Assembly: GCA_963715505.1 (NCBI GenBank)
Contig: OY970242.1
Span: 1,439,166-1,503,165 of the forward strand
From: an uncultured Microthrixaceae bacterium
Lineage (GTDB): Bacteria > Actinomycetota > Acidimicrobiia > Acidimicrobiales > VFJN01
Length of the DNA stretch: 64,000 bases
Direction: 5' to 3'
Under the pieces are notes generated by a model. It saw only the letters and a list, made by a program, of their open reading frames with translations. It searched no databases and was not told where the DNA came from. This document shows positions 28,757-37,782 of this stretch, piece by piece. Each line of letters starts with the position of its first letter. Within the stretch, counting starts at the first letter, position 1. Position numbers and translations under genes: made by a program.

Positions 28757-29329
28757 GTGCGCCTCGACCCGGTCACGCGGCGAGCCCTGCTCGTGGAGGC
28801 GGCCGCCGGCGTCTTCCGAGGTCGAGATCCCAGCGAGGTCAGCTTCGAGGAGGTCGCCGAGGCGGCCGGCGTCTCCCGCTCGCTGGTCTACGCCTACTTC
28901 GGCGATCGCGGCGGCCTGATCGCCGCGGTGTACCTCCACGGCCTCGAGCAGCTCGACGGCGAGCTGCGACGGACCCTCGACGAGCAGGTCCCGGGCGACG
29001 TCAAGCTGCGCCGGCTGGTGCGCCGGTACCTGGTCTTCGCGCGCGACAACGAGGCCGTCTGGAACCTCATCGTCGCGGTGGGTCCGCTCCAGCACCCCTC
29101 GGTCCGGGCCGCCCGGCACGAGCGCATCGAGCGCATCGCGGCGGCGTGGAGCGGCGACGCCGACGGCCGGCTCGTCATCCGGGGCGTCATCGGGTTCCTC
29201 GAGGGAGCGGCGCAGCACTGGGTCGACCACCGCGAGATCGGGCTCGCACGAGCGACCAAGGTGGTCTCCGACGTGCTCTGGCAGGGCCTCGCCGCCGCGC
29301 CGGGTCGCCAGGTCGTCGCGACTGGGTAG
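28757..29329 (+). CDS. TetR/AcrR-family transcriptional regulator
   Basis: GTG at 28757, two nt after the ATPase stop. HTH SFEEVAEAAGVSRSLVYAYFGDRGGL. 190 aa. Confidence 0.85.
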   Translation: MRLDPVTRRALLVEAAAGVFRGRDPSEVSFEEVAEAAGVSRSLVYAYFGDRGGLIAAVYLHGLEQLDGELRRTLDEQVPGDVKLRRLVRRYLVFARDNEAVWNLIVAVGPLQHPSVRAARHERIERIAAAWSGDADGRLVIRGVIGFLEGAAQHWVDHREIGLARATKVVSDVLWQGLAAAPGRQVVATG

Positions 29330-29330
29330 G

Positions 29331-29801
29331 TTGGGATGCCATGTCCTCCCCCCCGCCTTCGAGATCGATCCAGCCGCGACCTTCGAGGTCACCATCGCCA
29401 CCGACAAGGGCGACATGGTGCTCCAGCTCGACGCGGCGCTCGCCCCCACGACGGTGAACAACTTCGTCGTCAACGCCCGCAACGGCTTCTACGACGGGCT
29501 GACCTTCCACCGCGTCGTGCCTGGCTTCGTGATCCAGGGCGGTGATCCGGAGGGCTCGGGTCGCGGCGGCCCGGGCTACCGGTTCGCCGACGAGCCCGTG
29601 CGCGGCGAGTACACCCTCGGCGCGGTGGCGATGGCGAACGCCGGACCGGACACCAACGGCTCGCAGTTCTTCATCTGCATCGAGGACTGCCGCGACAAGC
29701 TCCAGCCGCTGTACAACCTCTTCGGGTACGTGACGTCCGGCATCGAGGTCGCCCAGGCGATCGAGGTCGGCGACGTCATGCGCAGCGTCACGGTCAGCTA
29801 G
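29331..29801 (+). CDS. cyclophilin-type peptidyl-prolyl cis-trans isomerase
   Basis: Motifs FHRVVPGFVIQGGDP and MANAGPDTNGSQFFI. Start is TTG 29331. Alternatively ATG 29341 would be the start if the C7 run at 29348-29354 is miscounted by one base. Confidence 0.85.
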   Translation: MGCHVLPPAFEIDPAATFEVTIATDKGDMVLQLDAALAPTTVNNFVVNARNGFYDGLTFHRVVPGFVIQGGDPEGSGRGGPGYRFADEPVRGEYTLGAVAMANAGPDTNGSQFFICIEDCRDKLQPLYNLFGYVTSGIEVAQAIEVGDVMRSVTVS

Positions 29802-29813
29802 CGGCGACGCGCC

Positions 29814-31488
29814 ATGGCTCGGGCGGAGGTCCCCGAAGAGCTCAACCTCGCCGCGCTCCACGAGGCCATCGCGGCGACGATCCCCGACCGGCGAGTGCAT
29901 CGTCTGGCGCGACCGCCGCCTGAGCTGGTCCGACGTCACCGACCGCACCCGCCGCCTCGCCGCCGTGCTGCGCCACGCCGGCCTCGGCCGGCACGCCGGC
30001 ACGTCGCCGCCCCTCGGCTGGGAGTCGCCGCACGACCACGTCGCGCTGTACCTGCACAACGGGAACGAGTACCTCGAGGGCATGCTCGGCGCGGCCAAGG
30101 CACGCTGCGCCGCCGTGAACGTCAACTACCGCTACGTGGCGGAGGAGCTCCGCTACGTGCTCGCCGACAGCGCCGCCACGGCCATCGTCTTCCACAGCGC
30201 CTTCGCCGCAACCCTCGAGGCGATCCTGCCCTCGCTCCCCGCCCTCCGGCTGCTCCTCCAGGTCGACGACGGCACCGGCGCGCCGCTGGCGCCAGGGGCC
30301 CGGTGGTACGAGGAGGCGCTGGCCGCCGCGCCGCCCGACCTGCCCGGCCCGCTCTCCCCCGACGACCTCTACATCCTCTACACGGGCGGCACGACGGGCA
30401 TGCCCAAGGGGGTCCTCTGGCGACAGGCCGACTTCCTCGCCGCATGCCTCGGCGTCGACCAGACGACGGCGTCGCTGGTCGACGCGGCCTCGCAGAGCCA
30501 CCTGCGGGCGCTGCCGGCGCCACCCTTCATGCACGGCGCCGCGCACTGGAACGCGCTCAGCGCCTTCGTCGCCGGCGGCACCGTGGTCGTCCAGGACGAG
30601 CCGGCGCGCCTCGACCCGCACGACGTGCTCGACACCGTCGAGCGCGAGCGCGCCACCTCGCTGCTCATCGTCGGTGATGCCTTCGCCCGCCCGCTCGTCG
30701 ACGCGCTCGCCACCGGCCGCCACGACGCGAGCTCGTTGCGGCACCTGCTGACCGGAGGTGCCGTGCTGTCGGCCACCGTGAAGGAGGACCTGCTCCGGCT
30801 GCTGCCCGACCTGCGGATCGTCGACGTGCTGGGCTCCTCGGAGACGGGCCGCCAGGGCGTCCACACGTCCGACACCAGCCGAGGGGCGGCCACGGGCACC
30901 TTCGCCCGCTCGGCGACCACCGTGGTGCTCTCGGGCGACCTCACCCGCGTCCTCGCGCCCGGCGACGCCGAGCTCGGCTGGCTGGCGCAGACCGGCCGCG
31001 TCCCGCTCGGCTACCTGGGCGACCCCGACAAGACCGCTCGCACCTTCCCGACCATCGACGGCGTGCGCTACGCGGTGGCGGGCGACCGCGCCCGCATCCT
31101 CCCCGACGGGTCCCTCGAGCTGCACGGGCGCGACTCGGTGACCATCAACACGGGGGGCGAGAAGGTCTTCGCCGAGGAGGTCGAGCAGGCCCTCAAGCGC
31201 CACGCGGGCGTGTTCGACGCCATCGTCGTGGGCCGCCCCAGCGAGCGCTGGGGCGAAGAGGTGGTCGCCGTGGTGCAGCTGCGCCCCGATGCCGGCGAGG
31301 TGACCGACGAGTCGATACGTGCCGCCGCTGCGCCGCACCTGGCCCGCTACAAGCTGCCGAAGGCGTTCGTGCGCGTCGCCGCGGTCGAGCGGAGCCCGAG
31401 CGGCAAGCCCGACTACCGGTGGGCCGCCACGGCCGCCGAGGCGGGCCTGCCGGCGCGCCAAGTTGGTGCCGGCGGCGCCACGTCATAG
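29814..31488 (+). pseudogene. AMP-dependent acyl-CoA synthetase (FadD-like), one frameshift near 29890
   Basis: ATG at 29814, MARAEVPEELNLAALHEAIAATIPDR. The frame then switches to ECIVWRDRRLSWSDVTDRTRRLAAVLRHAG... (ORF 29965..31488 frame). Motifs LYTGGTTGMPKGV and GDRARILPDGSLELHGRDSVTINTGGEKV. Confidence 0.85.
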
Positions 31489-31501
31489 CGTCTCGGCTCC
31501 T

Positions 31502-32398
31502 ATGGAGCGGCGAACGATCCCCCTGCCGTTCGCCATCGACCTCGCGGACACGCTCAGCCCGCTCCGGCTCGGCCGCGCCGATCCGACCATGCTGGTGTCG
31601 GACTCGGTCCTGCTGCACGCCTCGCGCACCCCCGACGGGCCGGCCACGCTGCGCGCGCAGCGCCAGGGCGACCGCTTCGAGGTCGAGGCCTGGGGCGACG
31701 GTGCCCGCTGGGCCATGGACCACGCGCCTGGCCTGCTCGGCTGCCTCGACGACCGGGCCGGCTTCGACCCGCAGCACCCCGTGGTGCGCGGCCTGCACCA
31801 CCAGGCGCCGGGCATGCGCCTGCCGCGGTCCGGCCTCGTGGTCGACGCGCTGATCCGCGCCGTCCTCAGCCAGCACGTCACCGCCTTCGAGGCGAAGCGG
31901 TCCTTCCGGCTCCTCGTCGAGCGCTGGGGTGAGGCCGCCCCCGGCCCCGGAGGGCTCGTCATGCCACCCGACCCCCGCCGGATCTCCGAGCTGGCCTACT
32001 ACGACCTGCACGTCGTCGGGGTGGAGAAGAAGCGAGCCGACGTCCTGCGGCGGGTCTGCGCGCACGCCGGTCGGCTCGACGCGATCGCCGCGGCGGCACC
32101 GGCCGAGCTGCGGAGCCGCCTCGAGGCCATCCCCGGCGTGGGGGCGTGGACCTCTGCGGAGGTCGCCCGGGTGGTCGTGGGCGATCCCGACGCGGTCAGC
32201 GTCGGCGGCCACGACCTGAAGCACATCGTGGCCTGGGCGCTCGCCTCGGAGACGCGGGGCAGCGACACCCGCATGCTCGAGCTGCTGGAGCCCTTCGCCG
32301 GCCACCGTGGCCGGGTGTGCCGCCTCCTCGAGCGGTCGCGGATCGCACCGCCGCAGCTCGGTCCGCGCCGGCGTGTCGAGCCGGTCGCGCGCCGCTAG
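31502..32398 (+). CDS. alkA: DNA-3-methyladenine glycosylase II family (HhH-GPD, AlkA-like)
   Basis: ATG at 31502 inside ORF 31319..32398. LIRAVLSQHVTAFEAKRSF and the HhH segment IPGVGAWTSAEV...GDPDAVSVGGHDL. Confidence 0.8.
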   Translation: MERRTIPLPFAIDLADTLSPLRLGRADPTMLVSDSVLLHASRTPDGPATLRAQRQGDRFEVEAWGDGARWAMDHAPGLLGCLDDRAGFDPQHPVVRGLHHQAPGMRLPRSGLVVDALIRAVLSQHVTAFEAKRSFRLLVERWGEAAPGPGGLVMPPDPRRISELAYYDLHVVGVEKKRADVLRRVCAHAGRLDAIAAAAPAELRSRLEAIPGVGAWTSAEVARVVVGDPDAVSVGGHDLKHIVAWALASETRGSDTRMLELLEPFAGHRGRVCRLLERSRIAPPQLGPRRRVEPVARR

Positions 32399-32607
32399 TC
32401 CTTCTGGGCCACCGCGTTGGGGGTGACGTGCATCGCCGGCACGAACGCCTCGCGCTCCACCGAGCGCGCCGCACGACCGACGGTGCGGCGCAGCTCGTCG
32501 CGGCAGCCGTCGCACGGGCCGTAGAAGCGAGGCGCCGCCCCGGCGGTGGCGCAGCGGGGGCACACGAAGGCCTCGCCGGCGTCAGTGGTCGGGGCATCGG
32601 GGGGCAT
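32395..32607 (-). CDS. small cysteine-containing protein (CPRC ... CDGC, zinc-ribbon-like)
   Basis: 70-aa ORF with high GC3 and an ATG start. Its stop overlaps the alkA stop in a CTAG palindrome. Confidence 0.6.
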   Translation of the reverse strand: MPPDAPTTDAGEAFVCPRCATAGAAPRFYGPCDGCRDELRRTVGRAARSVEREAFVPAMHVTPNAVAQKD

Positions 32608-32646
32608 GGCGGTCAGGATGCCAGGCGCGCGCCGGTGGCGGGCGGA

Positions 32647-34185
32647 TCACCCGAAGCGGTGGAGGTTCGCCGGCTCGAAGGCGTCGCCGGCGGTGGCGAG
32701 GATCGTGCCGGAGCGCCGTGCCCCGAGGTGGATCACGAGGGTCTCGCACTGCTCGGTGAAGGTGCGGTACGAGCCGTTCCACACCACCCACACCGCGCCC
32801 GGCCCAGCCCGCTCGATGGCCGCCTCCGCGAAGGCGACGGGATCCGCATCGGCGTTGCGCTGCGCGTAGTCCCGCCAGTCGACGAAGCGAGGATCGCCAC
32901 CCGCCGGGTAGGGCACCACCTCCACCGGCACGCCGCGCAGGGCGCGCTCGAGGCTCGGGCCGAGCTGGTCGGGACAGGCGACGACCACGTCGCCCGGGCT
33001 GGCCCCCGCAGCGATGGTGTCGCCCAGGTCCTGGACCTGCGTGCGCGCATCGACGGCGTTGTGCGCGATGCCGACGACGGCGAGGCCCAGCAGGGCAGCG
33101 GACAGCCCCCACCGCAGCCAGCCGCCCGACAGGCGCGTGAGCCCGATCGCCGCGACCAGCAGCACCACCGGGACCACCACCGACGCGTAGCGCGAGGCGT
33201 AGGCGCCGCCGGCGGCGTACCCCGCCAAGGTCCCCAGCGCCAGGGCCGTCCCGACCACGACCAGCTCGTCGCGCACGAGGGGCACGACGCGGTCGCCGAG
33301 CTCGACCGCCGCCCCGGCGCGCGCGCTCGGCCGTGCGAAGGCGGCGAGGAGCACGAGCACCACCACGGCGATGCCGTAGAGGCGGGCCTCGGCGAAGCCG
33401 CCCCCGCCGAGGTCGGCGAGGGTCACGTCGACGATCGTCGTCGGTCGCGACGGGCTCGCCCATGGCGTGCCGGTGTGGGCCGCCTGGTCGACGAAGACCC
33501 CCAGCCACGCGACGAACGTGGTGCTGCCCAGGGCGATGGCGGAAGCGGCGGCCAGCGTCGCGCGCCGCCGTGCCGGCTGGCGCCACCACCGCATCACGAG
33601 CAGGCCGCCCGTCGCGGCGATGAGGTACAGCGCCCAGTAGTGCGTCCACAGCAGGGCCGCGGCGATGCCGGCGAGGAGCACCACGTCGAGGGTGCGGGGC
33701 GTGCTGAGGACCCGGGCCAGCACGACGTAGCCGGCCGCCACCAGGAACATCACGAGCGCGTACATGCGCGCCTCGGTGGCGTAGCGCACCGCGAACGGCG
33801 ACAGGGCGAGGACGACGACCGCCCACGCGGCACCGCCTCGGCCAGCCATGCGGCGGCCCGCTGCCCAGGCGAGCGGGAGCGTGGCGACCGAGAGCAGCCC
33901 GGAGAGCGCCCGCACGGCGACGTCGCCGTCACCGAACAGCGACATCCAGCCGTGCAGCAGCCAGTAGTAGAGCGGCGGGTGTCCGTCGTGGCGCAGCGCA
34001 TCGGGGATGTCGCCGACCGGCAGAGAGGCGATGTTGACCGACAGCGCCTCGTCGAGCCACAGCGGCGACGTGGTGAGGAACCGCGCCACGATCCCGAGCA
34101 CCACCGCGGCCACGACGGCGGCCGGCAGGAGCCCGCTTCGCAGCGCGGATCGCCCGCTCGGCGGGAGGGGTTCGGTCGGCGGCAT
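32647..34185 (-). CDS. GT39/PMT_2-like polytopic membrane glycosyltransferase (ArnT/PMT family)
   Basis: ATG at 34183-34185 (alternative GTG at 34200). LWLDEALSVNIA...GHPPLYYWLLHGW and about 10 hydrophobic segments, followed by a soluble C-terminal domain. Confidence 0.8.
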   Translation of the reverse strand: MPPTEPLPPSGRSALRSGLLPAAVVAAVVLGIVARFLTTSPLWLDEALSVNIASLPVGDIPDALRHDGHPPLYYWLLHGWMSLFGDGDVAVRALSGLLSVATLPLAWAAGRRMAGRGGAAWAVVVLALSPFAVRYATEARMYALVMFLVAAGYVVLARVLSTPRTLDVVLLAGIAAALLWTHYWALYLIAATGGLLVMRWWRQPARRRATLAAASAIALGSTTFVAWLGVFVDQAAHTGTPWASPSRPTTIVDVTLADLGGGGFAEARLYGIAVVVLVLLAAFARPSARAGAAVELGDRVVPLVRDELVVVGTALALGTLAGYAAGGAYASRYASVVVPVVLLVAAIGLTRLSGGWLRWGLSAALLGLAVVGIAHNAVDARTQVQDLGDTIAAGASPGDVVVACPDQLGPSLERALRGVPVEVVPYPAGGDPRFVDWRDYAQRNADADPVAFAEAAIERAGPGAVWVVWNGSYRTFTEQCETLVIHLGARRSGTILATAGDAFEPANLHRFG

Positions 34186-34296
34186 GGCGCCATACCTCAC
34201 TCGATCCGGCCTGGTCGTGTCGACCCGGTCGATGCGTGGTGCGCCGGCGGGGCACCACTACGCTCGGGCGCCACGCCTCACGCCCTGGACGGACCC

Positions 34297-35835
34297 TTGA
34301 CCACCACTGCACCCCTGCCCCAGCACGACGACGGGCGGCCCGCCGATCCCGGCGCGGTCGTCGTGATCGGCGCGGGCCCTGCGGGGCTGACCGCGGCCTA
34401 CGAGCTCGGCAAGCGCGGCGCCACCGCCACCGTCCTCGAGGCCGACGACGTCGTCGGGGGCATCAGCCGAACCGTGGTGGCCGACGGCTACCGCTTCGAC
34501 ATCGGCGGCCACCGGTTCTTCACCAAGGTCGCCGAGGTGGAGGCCCTCTGGCACGAGATCCTCCCCGACGAGGACTTCATGCTGCGGCCTCGGTCGAGCC
34601 GCATCTACTACGGCGGCAAGTTCTACGACTACCCGATCCGTCCGCTCAACGCGCTGCGCAACCTTGGCGCGGTGGAGGCGGTGCGCTGCGTGCTGTCGTA
34701 CCTCTGGGTGCGCGTGCGGCCCCCGAAGGACCAGTCGTCGCTCGAGGGGTACATCGCCGCCAACTACGGCTGGCGCCTGTACCAGCACTTCTTCAAGACC
34801 TACAGCGAGAAGGTGTGGGCGGTGCCCGCCTCGGACATCTCGGCGGAGTGGGGGGCGCAGCGCATCAAGGGCATGTCGCTGCTGAGCGCCGTCTGGGAGC
34901 CGCTGCGGGCCCGCGTCGCCGGCGCGCGGCGCGACCGGGCGAAGCAGGTCACCAGCCTGATCGAGCAGTTCCAGTACCCGAAGTACGGGCCCGGGATGAT
35001 GTGGGAGCGCTGCCACGCACTCGTCGAGGCGCAGGGCTCGAAGGTCCACCTGGGGGCGCGGGTCACCGCCATCGGCCACGGCGGCGGACGTGCCAGCTCC
35101 GTGACGGCGCAGGACGCGTCCGGTGCGGCCTCGACCCACGCGGCGGACCACGTGATCTCCTCGATGCCGTTCCCCGCGCTGCTGCGGGCGATGGACCCGC
35201 CGGTGCCTGCCGAGGTGCAGGCGGCGGCCGACGACCTCACCTTTCGTGACTTCCTCTCCGTGGCCCTCGTCGTCCCGGCCGACAAGGTGGCCTGGGACGA
35301 CAACTGGATCTACATCCATGCGCCCGAGGTCAAGACGATGCGGGTGCAGAACTTCGGGTCCTGGTCGCCGCACCTGGTGAAGGACGGCCGCAACGTGCTG
35401 GGCCTCGAGTACACCGTCACCGAGGGCGACGAGTGGTGGACCGCCACCGACGAGGAGCTGATCGAGAAGGGCAAGGCCGAGCTGGAGCTGCTCGGGCTCA
35501 TGCGCAGCGCAGACGTCGAGGCCGGCTACGTCGTGCGGATGCCCAAGGCGTACCCCGTCTACGACGAGGACTACCGCACCAACGTCGAGGTGCTGCGGGC
35601 ATGGCTGGCAGCGAACGCGCCGAACGTGCACCCCGTCGGCCGCAACGGCATGCACAAGTACAACAACCAGGACCACTCGATGTACACGGCGATGCTCACC
35701 GTCGAGAACCTCTTCGGCGCCTCGCACGACATCTGGGACGTGAACGTCGACGACGAGTACCACGAGGAGTCCTCCTCGGGCACCGGCGAGCGGGGCACCG
35801 GCCGCGACGCTCCCGTGCTCCCCAAGCGCTCCTGA
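34297..35835 (+). CDS. NAD(P)/FAD-dependent oxidoreductase (amine-oxidase/UDP-galactopyranose-mutase-like fold)
   Basis: TTG at 34297 is the best in-frame start before the dinucleotide motif VVVIGAGPAGLTAAYEL. GGHRFFTK is also present. The upstream 700 codons of ORF 32146..35835 are the antisense shadow of the GT39 gene. Confidence 0.8.
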   Translation: MTTTAPLPQHDDGRPADPGAVVVIGAGPAGLTAAYELGKRGATATVLEADDVVGGISRTVVADGYRFDIGGHRFFTKVAEVEALWHEILPDEDFMLRPRSSRIYYGGKFYDYPIRPLNALRNLGAVEAVRCVLSYLWVRVRPPKDQSSLEGYIAANYGWRLYQHFFKTYSEKVWAVPASDISAEWGAQRIKGMSLLSAVWEPLRARVAGARRDRAKQVTSLIEQFQYPKYGPGMMWERCHALVEAQGSKVHLGARVTAIGHGGGRASSVTAQDASGAASTHAADHVISSMPFPALLRAMDPPVPAEVQAAADDLTFRDFLSVALVVPADKVAWDDNWIYIHAPEVKTMRVQNFGSWSPHLVKDGRNVLGLEYTVTEGDEWWTATDEELIEKGKAELELLGLMRSADVEAGYVVRMPKAYPVYDEDYRTNVEVLRAWLAANAPNVHPVGRNGMHKYNNQDHSMYTAMLTVENLFGASHDIWDVNVDDEYHEESSSGTGERGTGRDAPVLPKRS

Positions 35836-35847
35836 CCCTCGTCGCCG

Positions 35848-37782
35848 TCAGCCGCGGCGCTCGAGGGGGGCGACCGCCACGGTGAGGGTCCCGCGGTCGC
35901 GCTGGCGGGCGAGCAGCGCCCAGCGCCGGAGCAGCTCGCCGTGCTCGCCCGGCGCGGACAGCTGGCCCCGCACCACGGCGTCGGCCACCACGCCCGGGTG
36001 GTCCAGGAGGCCGGGATCGAGCGACCCGTCCGGGCCGGGCTGCAGCAGGGCCAGATCCGCCGGGTCCTGCCGGCGGCCGCGGTCGGTGAGGCGCACGTCG
36101 CCGTGGCGCGCCATCGCCCGCACGCGTCGCCGCAGCTCCGCCTCGGTGCGCGCCGCGTCCGGGGTCAGCCCCTCGACGGCCGCCAGGACGCGCGCGCCGG
36201 CGGGCAGGGCCGGGCCTGGCCCCTGGAGGACCAGGAGGCGGGCCCGCTCCTGGCCCTCGGCCCGCCGGCCCTCGCCGAGCTGTCGCACCAGGCCCTCGTC
36301 GTCGACCACGACCTCGATGCCGTGCCGATCGAGCTCCATCACGACCGCGATGCTGTAGGGCTCGAACACCCGCAGCACCTCCTCGTCGAGCAGCAGCGGC
36401 CCGCTCACCTCGGCGGTCTCGAGCTGCGGCGCGACGGCGTGCAGCACGGGCGCCGCGTCGTCGTCCGCCGTTGGCCCGACCGCCTGCCGGTGACGTCCCA
36501 GCGAGGCCCCCACCAGGACCACGACGGCGAGGACGGCGGTCGTCTGCAGGGCGCGGGCGTGGCGCTCCCCGGCGAGGGCGGCGACGCCGAGGGCAGCCGT
36601 GAGCACGCCGAGGGGCCAGAGCCAGCGAACCTGGTGGACGGCGAAGCCGTAGGCGCTGAGCGGCAGGATGGCGATGGTGACGAGGCCGGCGACGAGGGCC
36701 GCGCCGAGGACCGCGGCCGCCGCTGCCCAGCGACGCTCCCCGCGGCGCCATGCCATCGCACCCGCCAGCACCAGCCCTGCCAGCAGGGTGGCCAGGGCGG
36801 CCAGGCCGCCCGCCGTCGACGGCACGCCGCGCAGCGCATCCACCCCGCCACCGCTGCCCACCTCCTCGAAGCGCGAGGCGAACTCGGACCGGCCCCAGCC
36901 CGGGACGGGGCCGATGACCGACGTCAGCACCCGTGCCGCGTCGGCTGCGCCGACCGCCGCTTCCTCGCCTGCCGTCGCGGCGCGCGCCAGTCGGGCCAGG
37001 TTGCCCTCGCCGGGCCCGGCGAGCTGCTCGGCCACGGGCTGCGCCCATGCCAGGGCGCCGACCGCCACGCTCGCCAGGAGCCACCGCCGCCAGCGCCGGC
37101 GATCTGGTGCACCGCGGCCGTGCAGGACCACGAGCGCGGCGCCGGCGACGAGCAGCACGACCGGCACGAGCAGCACGTAGGGCAGGTGCGTCTGCACGAG
37201 GAGCGATCCGACGCCGACCGCACCCGCCAGTGCCGCACCCCGTCCTGCCGCGGCCGACCAGGCGAGCACCACGAAGGCCAGGAACGGCAGGAGCAACGCG
37301 TGCGGCTGCCAGGGGTCGACGAGGAGCGCCGAGCCCATCGACCAGCTCAGCGCCGCGACGGCGCTGGCGACCACCAGCGCACCCGTGGCCCCCGCGGTGC
37401 GCCACCCGACGAGCACCGCGGTCACCGCGCTGGCCGACGCCAGCAGCGCCGTGCCGACCATCGGGCCGAGCACGGGGTCGATCCTGGCGGGGATCGCGAG
37501 GACGTCGAAGAGGAGCGGGCCGGGGTTGTTGACCTGGATCCCCGTGCTGCGCGACGACGAGCTCCACGTGCCGAGCCACGGGTGGTGACCGCTCAGGACG
37601 TCGCGCGCTCGGAGCGAGAAGTAGGCGTTGTCGCCGACGGGGTACCACCCGTCGCGCACGGCCCACAGCACGGCCGTGGCGATGGGGGCGAGCACCAGCA
37701 CCAGCAGCGCAGCCAGCCAGACCGCGCTCGGCACGGCGAGGCCGAGCCGCCCAGGCCTCGCCGGGCGCGCCGTGGCCGTCAC
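35848..37782 (-). CDS. polytopic membrane protein A (644 aa), putative GT-C-type glycosyltransferase; paralogue of the upstream gene
   Basis: Its GTG at 37780-37782 overlaps the upstream TGA (GTGA). Multi-TM N-terminal half with NNPGPLLFDVLAIPAR, DPWQPHALLLPF and VQTHLPYVLL, then a soluble C-terminal half. Confidence 0.8.
   Translation of the reverse strand: MTATARPARPGRLGLAVPSAVWLAALLVLVLAPIATAVLWAVRDGWYPVGDNAYFSLRARDVLSGHHPWLGTWSSSSRSTGIQVNNPGPLLFDVLAIPARIDPVLGPMVGTALLASASAVTAVLVGWRTAGATGALVVASAVAALSWSMGSALLVDPWQPHALLLPFLAFVVLAWSAAAGRGAALAGAVGVGSLLVQTHLPYVLLVPVVLLVAGAALVVLHGRGAPDRRRWRRWLLASVAVGALAWAQPVAEQLAGPGEGNLARLARAATAGEEAAVGAADAARVLTSVIGPVPGWGRSEFASRFEEVGSGGGVDALRGVPSTAGGLAALATLLAGLVLAGAMAWRRGERRWAAAAAVLGAALVAGLVTIAILPLSAYGFAVHQVRWLWPLGVLTAALGVAALAGERHARALQTTAVLAVVVLVGASLGRHRQAVGPTADDDAAPVLHAVAPQLETAEVSGPLLLDEEVLRVFEPYSIAVVMELDRHGIEVVVDDEGLVRQLGEGRRAEGQERARLLVLQGPGPALPAGARVLAAVEGLTPDAARTEAELRRRVRAMARHGDVRLTDRGRRQDPADLALLQPGPDGSLDPGLLDHPGVVADAVVRGQLSAPGEHGELLRRWALLARQRDRGTLTVAVAPLERRG

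Noticed and set aside
32146-34296. N-terminal ~700 codons of the 1229-aa plus-strand ORF
   Set aside because: It is the antisense shadow of the GT39-like gene and the small Cys protein. A recognisable protein begins only just before the FAD-binding GxGxxG motif (~34350).
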